Shown: positions 1-10,151 of the stretch, in pieces
How positions within the stretch are numbered: position 1 is the first letter of the stretch
Layout of the letters: every line of letters starts with the position of its first letter
IMG/VR virus record: IMGVR_UViG_3300033984_000473
Coordinates: 168,932-232,931 of that record
DNA: 64,000 nucleotides
Strand: one strand, 5' to 3'
Notes under the pieces: model-generated
Told to the model about the DNA's origin: nothing
Seen by the model: the letters and a program-made list of their open reading frames with translations, nothing else
Database searches by the model: none
Made by a program: the position numbers and the translations under genes

Positions 1-216
1 AACTCGATACAACGCTATCAAATACCACACATAAAATGGTAAGATTCCCAGCTCCAATTGCTGCATTAAATGAATCTTTTCGTGATTTATTAGCTCTGGA
101 TATATATCACTTGCATCACCTATAAATATGAAGGGAAAGAAAGCTAACCCTCTTATCCCCTCACTATTCAATACCCATTCAAAGAATCGAATGGCTCTTC
201 TACTTACTACTATCAT
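1..216 (-). CDS. HExxH (zincin-like) protein, 3' end outside the window
   Basis: Manual translation MIVVSRRAIRFFEW...INHEKIHLMQQLELGILPFYVWYL, open to the window edge. Confidence 0.7.
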   Translation of the reverse strand, partial: MIVVSRRAIRFFEWVLNSEGIRGLAFFPFIFIGDASDIYPELINHEKIHLMQQLELGILPFYVWYLIALYRV

Positions 217-1037
217 TATGATTTAAGTAGCAATTCTTTCATGTCTTTTACCAACTCTCTATGTCCACTACCATATGGTTCCCACGCCAACCCCATTGCT
301 TTAAGGTCGTAGTGTTTAACTATCGTTGAATACGATGTTTCACCTTCTGGAAACCCAACAATATAAATACTATCAGCCAATTCAGCAGCAAGTCTTAAAT
401 CGTGTGTCGAAAAAATAATCGTATTGTATTCATTGCTTTTACCAATTCTAACAAATGATTCTTTCACTTTTTCGATGTTACCAACATCCAACCCAGAGAA
501 CGGTTCATCCAAAATCATAAAGTGTTTAGATGAAAGCATTTGCTCAATGATTGCAGTTCTTTGTCTTTGACCACCAGATAATTCACAAGAATATTTGTCT
601 TTGTGTTCCAACAATCCCCAATCAGTTAGATACTCTTTAATCTGAGCCTCTTTTTCAGCCTTTGTAAGCGTTGATTTTCTCAAAGCATACTCACAAATCT
701 GTGTGATGGTTTTGTGTCTAAAAAGGGTGTATTTTTGGTCTACAAACCCTATGTCGCCCTCTGACAAGTTCTTTGCATCGTCAGCAACATCGGTAGTTAA
801 GTCACTAATAAGCATTTGACCACTTAATGGCTTCAATAAACCAGTTAGTGTTTTGAATAAGGTAGATTTACCTCTACCAGAACGACCAATAAAAGCAATT
901 ACTTGCCCAGTTGATTCATGTCCTTGTCTTATGATGTCTTTTTCTTCAAAAGAAACATCTTTAAGGATTGTTTTTCCATCGTAACCAGCACTTAGGTCTT
1001 TAACGTATAATAACGTTTGTTCAGCTTTATAACTCAT
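216..1037 (-). CDS. ABC transporter ATP-binding subunit (TauB/SsuB-like)
   Basis: Walker A GRSGRGKST, LSGGQRQR signature, Walker B ILDEPF, H-loop STHD. Confidence 0.95.
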   Translation of the reverse strand: MSYKAEQTLLYVKDLSAGYDGKTILKDVSFEEKDIIRQGHESTGQVIAFIGRSGRGKSTLFKTLTGLLKPLSGQMLISDLTTDVADDAKNLSEGDIGFVDQKYTLFRHKTITQICEYALRKSTLTKAEKEAQIKEYLTDWGLLEHKDKYSCELSGGQRQRTAIIEQMLSSKHFMILDEPFSGLDVGNIEKVKESFVRIGKSNEYNTIIFSTHDLRLAAELADSIYIVGFPEGETSYSTIVKHYDLKAMGLAWEPYGSGHRELVKDMKELLLKS

Positions 1038-1040
1038 AGT

Positions 1041-1811
1041 TTAGTAATTTGAATATCTAAAGATTAATTTTCTTAATTTTGTGATAATGAAGTCTAAGGT
1101 TAAACCTACAACTACGATTATGATTTGCAATGCGATTACTTTACCAGCATCACCTAACTTATCATTGTTCTTGATAAGGAATCCAAGTCCACCAGCGGCC
1201 ACAAGGATAGATTCAACGGTTACAAGCATCATCCATACGATTGCCAAGTTTTGTCTAACCAACTCAAATACGTAGTCAATACGACCTTTGATTACAACTT
1301 CCCATAAACATTCCCATCTGCTGCAACCTAATGTCCTAGCGTGGTCGAATTCTTCTTCTGGAATATCTTTAATCATTTGCATAAGACTTGTGGTTAAGAA
1401 TGTTGTCATAAAAACAACAAGAACCCAGACTTGAAGTGTTCTAGCATCATTGATAAGAATTGCAATGTAAAATGCGATACCAGTCAAAGGTAGATATCTA
1501 AGCTTAGATATGAATGTACCAACTGGTTTAAAGAAAGGAATTGCAGATGAATAAGCAAACATAAGTGAAATCACGATGGAAATCATTACAGCTTGACTAC
1601 ATAACCAAATTGAACTTGCAATGTGAACGACCAACCCATCGGCCCAAAGGTCTTTTAACCCATGCAATACTTGTAGTGGTGTTGGGAAAAGGTGAGTATC
1701 ACCAAAACTGTTAAGTCCCCAAAACGTTAATAGAATTACTAACCATGATGTCAGTATTGTCGTTTTACTAGAACCTTTAAGATTCTCAAACGGTTTAAAT
1801 AATCTTTTCAT
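1041..1811 (-). CDS. ABC transporter permease (TauC/SsuC-like)
   Basis: Multiple TM segments, EAA-like loop DHARTLGCSR, GGLGFLI motif; adjacent to the ATPase. Confidence 0.9.
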   Translation of the reverse strand: MKRLFKPFENLKGSSKTTILTSWLVILLTFWGLNSFGDTHLFPTPLQVLHGLKDLWADGLVVHIASSIWLCSQAVMISIVISLMFAYSSAIPFFKPVGTFISKLRYLPLTGIAFYIAILINDARTLQVWVLVVFMTTFLTTSLMQMIKDIPEEEFDHARTLGCSRWECLWEVVIKGRIDYVFELVRQNLAIVWMMLVTVESILVAAGGLGFLIKNNDKLGDAGKVIALQIIIVVVGLTLDFIITKLRKLIFRYSNY

Positions 1812-2138
1812 TTAATCTTTTTTAAGTGTTAATTTATATGCTTCTCGGTCTTTAATCATTTTTTGTCTAAGTGCTTCCAAATCCACTTCTTTCTTTTTGG
1901 CTCTTGTAGAACCTTTAAAAGGTGTTCTTTCGATGATTGTGATTTGACGTTCAACTTTTACAATTGTTCTCATGCCATTCTTATCACCACATCTTTCTAA
2001 GATATCGGTAACACCATCAATAGTTTTGTAAGCTTTTGCTTTTAACTCATTATGAGTATAAGAAAATTCATAGTTTGGTTGCTCATCAGCATAAAAACCT
2101 TTATTTTCTACATGTCCTAAAAATCTAGTTTCTTTCAT
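1812..2138 (-). CDS. hypothetical protein
   Basis: 108-aa ORF with TACCTTTG promoter upstream. Confidence 0.6.
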   Translation of the reverse strand: MKETRFLGHVENKGFYADEQPNYEFSYTHNELKAKAYKTIDGVTDILERCGDKNGMRTIVKVERQITIIERTPFKGSTRAKKKEVDLEALRQKMIKDREAYKLTLKKD

Positions 2139-2259
2139 TTTTAAGTGTTTTATAATTTCTACCTAACAAAGGTACAACTAATATTTTATATAACCAAATA
2201 TTTTACATAAAAAAAATCCCTAACTATGTGTTAAGGATTTTTGTAAGTTTATGTTTCTG

Positions 2260-4074
2260 TTAGTTTAACAAAGTGATTTCCACTCGTCTGTTTTTAGCTT
2301 TACCACTAGCAGTGTTGTTATTAGCTACTGGGTTAGTATCACCTTTACCATCAACCAATTGGAAACGGTCTTTAGAAATACCTCTACCAGTTAAGTAATT
2401 TACTACTGAATTAGCACGACCTTTAGATAATGATAAGTTAGAATCAGAGTTACCAACGTTATCTGTGTGACCAACAATTCTCAATTTGGTTTGTTCAGCT
2501 TGTACTAGTAAGTTGTAGATTGCTTCTAAATCTTTTTCAGAACCAGCGATTTCTGAACTACCTGTTGCAAAGCTAATGTTCCATTGACCATCAGCCAATA
2601 CTTTAGTTTTAGTGTCAGTATAAGTTATTTTATCAGCTTTACCAGAAGCAACATCAGTTACCGATTTCAAGAAGTATAAATTAACCGCATCTTCGTAAGG
2701 TACAACACCATCTTTACATGTTTCATTAAAACCACATGGGTTCAAGTCAGTCAAGTAAACCGATACTTGGTTATAAACCGCTTTGTATCTGTTGTTACCA
2801 TCTGTGATTCCGTAGTATTGCATTGCATCAGCATAGTTAAACACTTTTGAACCACCGATATTGTAATCTAAACCATCTTTGGTACCTTTTTGACCTTTGA
2901 ATAAATCATACCAGTATTTAGGTGTTTCAAAGTCATATGTTTTAGCAACACATTCAGATGCTTTAACAGCCCACTCATCATATTGTTTGATTTGATTAGA
3001 AGCAGTATATGTTTGTTTCAATATATTAACAACTTCTTTCTCATGTTGCAATGCCCATTCTTTAATAACAACTAGTGTTGTTGCCATTTGGTTAACAAAT
3101 TCTTTAGTTGAAACTACATCGGTGAAACCACTCAAAGCATCGAAAGCCATTTTATCACCAGGAGTCCATGTAGTTGCCCCATCAATTTTGTGGTTAACTG
3201 TTTTACCAGTTAATTTACCATTCTCAACCACTTTTAAAGGAACAGTATAACCTGTTTTTTGTGACTTGATAAGTTCTTTCACAGAGTTGATGTAGTCATC
3301 GTCTTGTGATGGTACGAAGTTAATCGCATTAGCATCATAAGTACTTGGGTCTGGATTCACTGGAATCTTATTAGCAAAAGCATAGTTGATTGCAACAACC
3401 CAGTCACCATCACCGATTACAGAAGATATTACAGCACCTTTCATTGATTGTGGATTATCTTTCCAGATTTTTGGTCCGATTAATTTATCTTCACCATATG
3501 AAAGACCGTAAGCACCAATTACTTGTACGTGGTATTTACCTTTACCAAATTTTTCATCCAAAGCTTTTTGTGTAGTCGTAATATAGAACGGCACACCGTC
3601 ACCCATAATACTTACACCAAACGCTGATTTATCTGATACTGGATATTGAGCACCCTTAGAGAATTCCTCAACGAATTTTAATTGCATATCACGTAACCCA
3701 CCGACCATGTCTTGTCTTACGATTTCTAAGTTAACACCAGAAGCTTCCATAAGAGAACCTTGAGTTGTACGTGGACCACCGTTAGCCACAATCATACCAG
3801 CGTTACCATTCCATGCATATTCTGCAATACGGATAAGACCTTTGTTTGCTACAGCTGTTGATGGCTGATTAGACGGAGTTGGTAGCTTGGCACCACTCGT
3901 TACGTTGTTCAATTCATCAGTATTGATACTTAATGAAGTTAATTGCTTTGAAACAGCAACTCGTAATCCAGGTGATACGAAATAAACGATTCCTAATACG
4001 ATTGCTAGACCTAATGCTAAGATTGTCCCCTCAGCTAAGGTAGTTAATTTTGGTTGTTTGAAGATTGCTCCCAT
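2260..4074 (-). CDS. membrane-anchored substrate-binding protein fused to a C-terminal OmpA-like domain
   Basis: N-terminal TM helix; SBP-like core; OmpA_C motifs GHTDNVG, LSKGRA, NRRVEI. Confidence 0.85.
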   Translation of the reverse strand: MGAIFKQPKLTTLAEGTILALGLAIVLGIVYFVSPGLRVAVSKQLTSLSINTDELNNVTSGAKLPTPSNQPSTAVANKGLIRIAEYAWNGNAGMIVANGGPRTTQGSLMEASGVNLEIVRQDMVGGLRDMQLKFVEEFSKGAQYPVSDKSAFGVSIMGDGVPFYITTTQKALDEKFGKGKYHVQVIGAYGLSYGEDKLIGPKIWKDNPQSMKGAVISSVIGDGDWVVAINYAFANKIPVNPDPSTYDANAINFVPSQDDDYINSVKELIKSQKTGYTVPLKVVENGKLTGKTVNHKIDGATTWTPGDKMAFDALSGFTDVVSTKEFVNQMATTLVVIKEWALQHEKEVVNILKQTYTASNQIKQYDEWAVKASECVAKTYDFETPKYWYDLFKGQKGTKDGLDYNIGGSKVFNYADAMQYYGITDGNNRYKAVYNQVSVYLTDLNPCGFNETCKDGVVPYEDAVNLYFLKSVTDVASGKADKITYTDTKTKVLADGQWNISFATGSSEIAGSEKDLEAIYNLLVQAEQTKLRIVGHTDNVGNSDSNLSLSKGRANSVVNYLTGRGISKDRFQLVDGKGDTNPVANNNTASGKAKNRRVEITLLN

Positions 4075-4334
4075 TTTTAATTTTTGTTTTTAGTTTATAC
4101 TATTTAATTTTAACTCTACAAAGGTAGTTATAATTTTCGACACTACCAAATTTATTATGAATTATTTTTATTTTTTTTTTCGCTATCGGAGAAACTATCC
4201 TCATCGACCTAAAACTCTTTTAGCTACCATCTTACTTGTTTAGGCTCGGCCATCCCACTAATATAATTGTCCACTACTTCCAAATCAGATAATGAGTCAT
4301 GATTCTTACTCGAACAGTTTTTTTTAAATTTTTC

Positions 4335-5468
4335 TTAGAACATATCTCCGAACCCACCAGATTTCAATTTGTCACTTGATGACAAGTTGTATTCTGGGTT
4401 AGAGTATTGTTTAGCATCTGGAATGATGTCAGCACCAACTTTAATCTTGTCAGCAACAGCGTTCAAGTTTGCGTACAATTCATCAGAATCCAAGGTATAG
4501 TTGCTTGTGATACTTTCGATATCTTTCAAGTTACCAGCGGTAATTGCGATATCAGCAGCAATCGTAGATGTAACAACATCCAAAGCGTAATCAAATTCCC
4601 AACCTTTAGCGAAGCCCATTGCTGATTTAGCGGCAGACGTAGCAGCGTTTGATTTTTGACCAAAGTCATAGTCTTTTTTAAGCATGATGATAGTCGCATC
4701 AAAGTCTTGGATTTTAATATCCATTGCAGTTTCAACTAGCGTAAGCTTTTGTCCCATTTTCTTCATAATGTTAGCACGAGAACCATATTTTTGAACGAAA
4801 TCTTTTGATTGGTTCAATTGGTTTGCTACACGTTGTGATTCAGCCAACAACTTTTGTAAGCTAGAAGCATAATCAACATAAGCATCTTCACCTTTAGCCG
4901 CAACACCTTTTTCTTTAACCATTTCATCCATGGCTTGTTTAATAGTTCCAGCTTTACCTTGCAAGGATAGTATTTTGTTTTGACCTTGTTCAGCTTCTTT
5001 TTCTGACCTGTCAGCTTCAATTTCCATTTCTTGTTTCAATGACACAATGTTTTGTTTTGCTACTCTAAATGTTTGTTGGTTTACAAGCATTTTTTGTCTT
5101 TCAATTTCTAACTGAGCAAATGGGTCATACTTGATAAGTGCTTTGTGAATTGCTCTTGTGAATACACGAATACCCTTAACAATTACTGGTGCCATAATAA
5201 CTCCAGCAACAATAAATACACCCGTAGCGAATACTGCTAATAATTGACCAATCGCTTGGAATACTGGTGGTAACACGTATGTCCATGTTAAATAACCAAC
5301 ACCGATAAGTGCCGCTAATTTAAAGAACCAGAACATGTTTTTCTCTCCTTTTCTAAAGGTATCAACCTTTGTTGAAATTTCATTCTCACTATAATTCTTC
5401 ATCATAGGTAAGTTCATCAAATTTGCATTAAATGCAGTTTGTGTCGATGTTTGTGTTTGTGTTTGCAT
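4335..5468 (-). CDS. membrane-anchored coiled-coil protein (PspA-like?)
   Basis: Two N-terminal TM helices then a long heptad-rich region. Confidence 0.6.
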   Translation of the reverse strand: MQTQTQTSTQTAFNANLMNLPMMKNYSENEISTKVDTFRKGEKNMFWFFKLAALIGVGYLTWTYVLPPVFQAIGQLLAVFATGVFIVAGVIMAPVIVKGIRVFTRAIHKALIKYDPFAQLEIERQKMLVNQQTFRVAKQNIVSLKQEMEIEADRSEKEAEQGQNKILSLQGKAGTIKQAMDEMVKEKGVAAKGEDAYVDYASSLQKLLAESQRVANQLNQSKDFVQKYGSRANIMKKMGQKLTLVETAMDIKIQDFDATIIMLKKDYDFGQKSNAATSAAKSAMGFAKGWEFDYALDVVTSTIAADIAITAGNLKDIESITSNYTLDSDELYANLNAVADKIKVGADIIPDAKQYSNPEYNLSSSDKLKSGGFGDMF

Positions 5469-5477
5469 AATCTTTTT

Positions 5478-6215
5478 TTATTTTAAATTGTTATTAATTC
5501 CTTGTTTTACTAATTCGATAGAATTAACTATCTTATCTTTAGCCATGTTGTTGGCTGTTAATTTGTTATCAACTTCACTAATCATTGGACCATATTTGCT
5601 ATCGATTACGGATAGTTTGTTTTGACGGTCAGCGATTTGAATTTGTAATTGCTCCAATTGTTGTTTCATCAAATCCAATTCACCCATAAGTGATTGATTT
5701 TCATGGTTTTTTTGGTCAACAATCTCTTGTCTTTTAGAATTCCCTTTTACTACGAAATCATTGTAAACCTTATTGATTTCATTTAGATAAAAATCTGATT
5801 GTGAAATCAATTTGCTTTTGTTTATGGTTTTATCCATACCAGAACCCATCGCAAATGCCATAGTGTATATCTGAGGATTGTCAACCCCAGCACCGATAAC
5901 TGCTTGATAGAATTCATAGAAATCATATCCAGGTTGATTCAAAGAATCAAACCCATTGGTATATGTCGCTAAAGCTTTTGCTAATTGTTCTTCGCTAACA
6001 CCTTGAGTTGATGGTGTTGAAGTAAATGTTGGTGTAACAACTGCTGGTTCTGATTTTGGAAAACCAAAGCTGCTGAATACACTAGTTTCCTCTGGTTGAG
6101 GCGTTGAACTTGGAAACTTAGTTACAGACGTTGCTGCTGGACTAGGAGTAGTTTGTTCTACTGGTTTATCGTTAGGTGTTTCTTCACTAACAATAAATAA
6201 ATCTTTTAATCCCAT
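5478..6215 (-). CDS. coiled-coil hypothetical protein of the ABC/OmpA cluster
   Basis: 245-aa ORF with P/S/T-rich N-terminus and coiled-coil C-terminus; promoter at ~6248. Confidence 0.7.
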   Translation of the reverse strand: MGLKDLFIVSEETPNDKPVEQTTPSPAATSVTKFPSSTPQPEETSVFSSFGFPKSEPAVVTPTFTSTPSTQGVSEEQLAKALATYTNGFDSLNQPGYDFYEFYQAVIGAGVDNPQIYTMAFAMGSGMDKTINKSKLISQSDFYLNEINKVYNDFVVKGNSKRQEIVDQKNHENQSLMGELDLMKQQLEQLQIQIADRQNKLSVIDSKYGPMISEVDNKLTANNMAKDKIVNSIELVKQGINNNLK

Positions 6216-6271
6216 GTTTTATTTTTTAGTTTTTTAACTTGTTGAGTACAAAGGTATGAATAATATTTGAC

Positions 6272-6742
6272 TTATGCAAATTTTTCTGGTATTTTTTCTA
6301 TGTGTCTTGTCAAAATAATTCTAGAACACCATGCAAAGCTTTCTGTTTGCTGGAAATACCCTTCTAAAATTTTATAGTGTGACCTATCACAATCCCATAA
6401 CGCATCTTCGATTCCTTGAGTGAATTGTTTCATGTTGGTAGGTACAACTCTAGGTACTAGAACTTCTATAGTTTCTTTAAGATATTTTTCTTCTAGCTTA
6501 TGATACCATTTACGGTTTTCATAGAAACGTTTAGTTCTGGCTTCTTCTTTAGCTTCTCTGTCTGGGTCTTTGCTACTAATGTATATTTGTTGTGGTTTTT
6601 CTAATATTTCCCATTCAGCGGTTTCTTCTGGAGAAACTTCAATGATAACTCTAGTTTTTATCATATCAGTACTTAACGTTGGTAAGTGCAACGCTATGAT
6701 ATATTCACCTACATATTGACCTAATTGGTAATTTAAACCCAT
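6272..6742 (-). CDS. hypothetical protein
   Basis: 156-aa ORF with promoter upstream. Confidence 0.65.
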   Translation of the reverse strand: MGLNYQLGQYVGEYIIALHLPTLSTDMIKTRVIIEVSPEETAEWEILEKPQQIYISSKDPDREAKEEARTKRFYENRKWYHKLEEKYLKETIEVLVPRVVPTNMKQFTQGIEDALWDCDRSHYKILEGYFQQTESFAWCSRIILTRHIEKIPEKFA

Positions 6743-6815
6743 AACTTATTTTTTTTTTACATTACAAAGGTACATAAAAAAAATGACACTACCAAAGATA
6801 ATGTCATTTTTTTTT

Positions 6816-6990
6816 AAGAACAGTGACTTACGGGAATCTCACCTTGATTCTAGAAATCGTTCCTTTAACTTCGCCCCCTGTATCATTGGAGATTTAACCC
6901 AATTAGATGCCCATGGTCAGCCACAGCTCTTTTTCTCATATCCCAAATGTGGGAAAGGGAGCCACCTTTAAAGTACGTAAGTATGTTCTT
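6816..6990 (-). ncRNA. candidate structured ncRNA (~175 nt)
   Basis: Ends pair (AAGAACATACTTACG / CGTAAGTCACTGTTCTT); GC-richer than flanks; no credible ORF. Confidence 0.4.
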
Positions 6991-7060
6991 ATTAATTGAT
7001 TTGATTCTGCTTTACATAGACCATCGAAGGACGATATACATACATTGGACCAAACCTATT

Positions 7061-7180
7061 TGTACAAAGAGTAGGATTCGAACCTACGTAACTCCCTACG
7101 TCATGCTTCCAAACTGAAAAGGAATCGAACCTTACACACGAATTCAAGGGGGAGTGCTTTACCACTAAGCTATCTCCGTA
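7061..7180 (-). ncRNA. tRNA-like RNA with ~53-nt expanded anticodon loop
   Basis: Acceptor, D arm (GCTT AGTGGTA AAGC), CTCCC/GGGAG stem and T arm GTAGG TTCGAAT CCTAC; the loop holds a second T-arm-like hairpin. Confidence 0.6.
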
Positions 7181-7197
7181 TTTGAGGCTGAGGCCTC

Positions 7198-7264
7198 TGC
7201 GTTGTGTAGACTATTCATCATCTATTACAATTCTAGCTTTCCTTTCTCAAGGGAACAACACAAT
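7198..7264 (-). ncRNA. candidate small structured RNA
   Basis: Closing stem TTGTGTTG/CAACGCAG; inner hairpin TTCCCTTGAGAAAGGAA. Confidence 0.3.
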
Positions 7265-7268
7265 AAGT

Positions 7269-7415
7269 TAGACAACAAGATTAACTTTTTTCTTTTTCGT
7301 GCTCTAACCATTAAGCTAACCGCCCAGTGTCTTAGGACAGTATGGGACTCGAACCCATATCACGAGCTTAACAGGCTATAGATTTTTTGTTGCTGAAATA
7401 ATCTTTCAATGTCTA
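7269..7415 (-). ncRNA. circularly permuted tRNA-Asn mimic (Y RNA/YrlA-like; CWGCAA family E1)
   Basis: Order: AAGATTA-TTTCAGCAA, GC-CTGTTAA-GC anticodon hairpin, T arm, acceptor 3' strand, 9-nt linker, acceptor 5' strand, D arm, TAATCTT. Confidence 0.7.
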
Positions 7416-7459
7416 GTTACAAACTAAGCAATTTCTCACTTAGCTTATATTTTTGGGTA

Positions 7460-8095
7460 TTATTTTCCTTGTCCAGAAACGTTAATTGACCCTACTGAAC
7501 CAGCTTTAGCTCTTTCGATACCAGCAGCTCTTTCAGCATCTAATTGTAAATACAATTTAGTTACTTGTTCACTTAAGAACTCGTTTTGGTTAGCCAACGT
7601 ACCAATCTTAGCAGCGTTTTCAGCAGCAATAGCTTTATTCTCTGAGTGAATCAATTTGATTTCATTCTCGTATTGAGATTTAAGGCTAGAAACTACCGTA
7701 GCAACTTCTTTTTTGATTAATCCATCAGTGTTAGACTTAACCTCGTCTAACTCTTTACGCAATGAACTCAATTCACTAGCTGGAATTACTGTTTTCCCAA
7801 CGCTTGTTAAGTATTCATTAACAACACGGTCTGTGTTAGCTCTGAAACTTAAATCTAAATCAACTTTCAATTGACGCTCTTTTTCAGCAAAAGCTACATC
7901 TAATGATATAATCGCTTCTTCTTTGTTAGCAACTTGTAAAGTTAATTCTTCAGCTTGCTCAACCATTTTATTGATTGTGTTAGTGGCAGAAGCTAATTCG
8001 CTTACTGCTTTCGTAATTTGTTGTGCAGCTTGTCCTAAGACAATCTCTGTGCTAGCACTTGCTTTCTTTGCGGGTGTTGTTTTTGTTACAGCCAT
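7460..8095 (-). CDS. coiled-coil hypothetical protein
   Basis: 211-aa ORF with promoter at ~8172. Confidence 0.75.
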   Translation of the reverse strand: MAVTKTTPAKKASASTEIVLGQAAQQITKAVSELASATNTINKMVEQAEELTLQVANKEEAIISLDVAFAEKERQLKVDLDLSFRANTDRVVNEYLTSVGKTVIPASELSSLRKELDEVKSNTDGLIKKEVATVVSSLKSQYENEIKLIHSENKAIAAENAAKIGTLANQNEFLSEQVTKLYLQLDAERAAGIERAKAGSVGSINVSGQGK

Positions 8096-8262
8096 TTTTT
8101 TTTTCTTTGTTTTTTTGTTTATTATGTTATTATGTTATTATGTTATTGTATTATTCTCTACTTATTATACTACAAAGATACTACATTTTTCATTAAAAGT
8201 CAAGTAAAAATGAATATTTTTTTAATCTTTTTTACACTTTTAATAAGCTGTAAATCAAGCTG

Positions 8263-8625
8263 TTACCCAGCCAAATACATACTATTTGACATCAACGCAT
8301 GTCTTGCAAAATCGGTCTCATCTTGGACGTATTCATTGAACTCAGATTGCTCTAATTCAACTATGTCTTCGACTTCCCAATTGAACATATCAATGATTTT
8401 GTCATAGTTATTGCTGTTGTCAACTGGTGTTGTTAAATCTAATCTAACTTTCATATCTCCAGCTTCAACTTTTTTGGTAATGTCTGCTAATTGTTTAAGT
8501 GCTTCTTTCTTGTAAGCAACAACGGCTTTGGTATAAGCTTCAATGTGTTGTGCTTTATTTTCTTGAATCTTAGCAATTAAATCTGCTTTGTTAACCTTGA
8601 TGGTTCTGTTTCCGTTTCTTCTCAT
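8263..8625 (-). CDS. hypothetical protein
   Basis: 120-aa ORF. Confidence 0.7.
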   Translation of the reverse strand: MRRNGNRTIKVNKADLIAKIQENKAQHIEAYTKAVVAYKKEALKQLADITKKVEAGDMKVRLDLTTPVDNSNNYDKIIDMFNWEVEDIVELEQSEFNEYVQDETDFARHALMSNSMYLAG

Positions 8626-8646
8626 TGGAATTTATTTTTACGTATG

Positions 8647-9024
8647 TTATTGTATGATATCTCCGACTTCAACATTTAAGAACAAATCCTCATCAATGTC
8701 TTTTTTAATCGTTAACGTTTCGTTAGGCCTTTTGATTGTAATGTAGTTGTCTTTTAAATCTGCTTTTTCGTTTTCTGAACGACAATTAGCACAATCTTTA
8801 TTTACAACAATACCGACTGGTAATTTAGTTTCAGAACTTGACCAATAACGCTTATCAGCTACCTTAACGTCACTTTCTGTAGGTTCGTCTTGATTGCGAT
8901 AATCAGAAGAATCTGAAAGGATTACAGCATCATAAGTTTCAACGTTTTCTGTTGGTTGTTCAGTTTTAGGTTTACATGAAACAGTTAAACCTAAAACCAA
9001 AGCTACTAAAAACATTTTTTTCAT
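8647..9024 (-). CDS. lipoprotein
   Basis: Signal peptide with lipobox LTVSC. Confidence 0.75.
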   Translation of the reverse strand: MKKMFLVALVLGLTVSCKPKTEQPTENVETYDAVILSDSSDYRNQDEPTESDVKVADKRYWSSSETKLPVGIVVNKDCANCRSENEKADLKDNYITIKRPNETLTIKKDIDEDLFLNVEVGDIIQ

Positions 9025-9197
9025 TATGTTCTACTTTTTAGAACTTCAATTTCTTTGTTGATTCTTTTGATATCAGAATCATTCAAAGGAACTTTAACGT
9101 CAGTTGTTTTCTTTTGTGTTTTCACACCACTTTTTAATTGCTTCTCAAGCATTTCGATTACTCTAGACTGTCTAGAACGTTTTGCAGCTGTTGCCAT
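9024..9197 (-). CDS. small basic protein (57 aa)
   Basis: MATAAKRSRQSRVIEMLEKQ...VLKSRT; stop overlaps the next start. Confidence 0.6.
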   Translation of the reverse strand: MATAAKRSRQSRVIEMLEKQLKSGVKTQKKTTDVKVPLNDSDIKRINKEIEVLKSRT

Positions 9198-9214
9198 AGT
9201 TAAATTTATTTATT

Positions 9215-9322
9215 TGTAGATGGTACAGGATTCGAACCTGTGAATCTCTTTGTATAGGTATCATACATACCACATCAAGACTTTATGTATGCTCAACCTT
9301 AAGCCACTCGGTCAACCGTCTA
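9215..9322 (-). ncRNA. atypical tRNA-like RNA (class II-like D arm, enlarged anticodon arm)
   Basis: T arm ACAGG TTCGAAT CCTGT; D loop GAGTGGCTTAA; CATAC/GTATG stem encloses a 16-nt loop. Confidence 0.5.
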
Positions 9323-9445
9323 TTTAATGAGAATTTGGGCCATCGGTATCTCATAATTGTTAGTCCTTCCTTAGCTAACACCCTTACCCAAGCCGTTCCT
9401 ATGGGCTGGTAAATTTCACTATACTATAGGAGTCAAGTGAATACT

Positions 9446-9521
9446 TGGTGGTACCGAGTGGATTCGAACCACTGACACCCGCATCTTCAGTGCGGTGCTC
9501 TACCAACTGAGCTACGGTACC
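9446..9521 (-). tRNA. tRNA-Phe(GAA)
   Basis: Canonical cloverleaf, loop CTGAAGA, encoded CCA. Confidence 0.95.
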
Positions 9522-9665
9522 TTTTTATCTCGTAGTTTTTAAGGCTCAAGTGATTACATTGCTGCTCACTCTAAGTAACCGTGATATAGTACAAACCTAT
9601 GATATTTCTATACTACAAAGATACTAATCTTTTTTTAAAGTTGCAACCTTTGTATCGTTTTTTTT

Positions 9666-10151
9666 TTAACTTTTTCTAGCTAAAATATACTCATATTGTG
9701 AGTCAGTATTTGTATTGCCATATACATAGTTTGGAATTCTAGTTAAACACATGTCTTCTAGAACTTTATCCAATGGACAACCTTCACCATATTCAAAATA
9801 GATAGCACCATATTCAACATAGCTCTCATCAGAATCAAAAGCTTCAACTTCGTTGATATCTCTAACATTTATGTTTTCATCACTGATAACACAAATTGAT
9901 TCATAACCTTTTCTATATTTAAAAGCACCTATTTGCTCAAATAACCCTTTACCAATTATGTATTCATCTTCTTTTGATAAATCTGGAACTACAACCATGT
10001 ATTCACATTCCAATAAGTCTTTGTGACTATATAGACCACCTTTGAATTCAACTGTTTGTATATTAAATTGGTTAAGGATTTGGCGAACTCTAGTAACCAC
10101 ATCTGGGTTAGCTCTATTAGACTTCGCCAAATAAACCTTTGGTATGTTCAT
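9666..10151 (-). CDS. hypothetical protein
   Basis: 161-aa ORF ending YEYILARKS. Confidence 0.7.
   Translation of the reverse strand: MNIPKVYLAKSNRANPDVVTRVRQILNQFNIQTVEFKGGLYSHKDLLECEYMVVVPDLSKEDEYIIGKGLFEQIGAFKYRKGYESICVISDENINVRDINEVEAFDSDESYVEYGAIYFEYGEGCPLDKVLEDMCLTRIPNYVYGNTNTDSQYEYILARKS

Noticed and set aside
9548-9572. Possible eighth CWGCAA element (AGTGA-GCAGCAA..TCACT)
   Set aside because: Short helix and spacing off the consensus; could be chance
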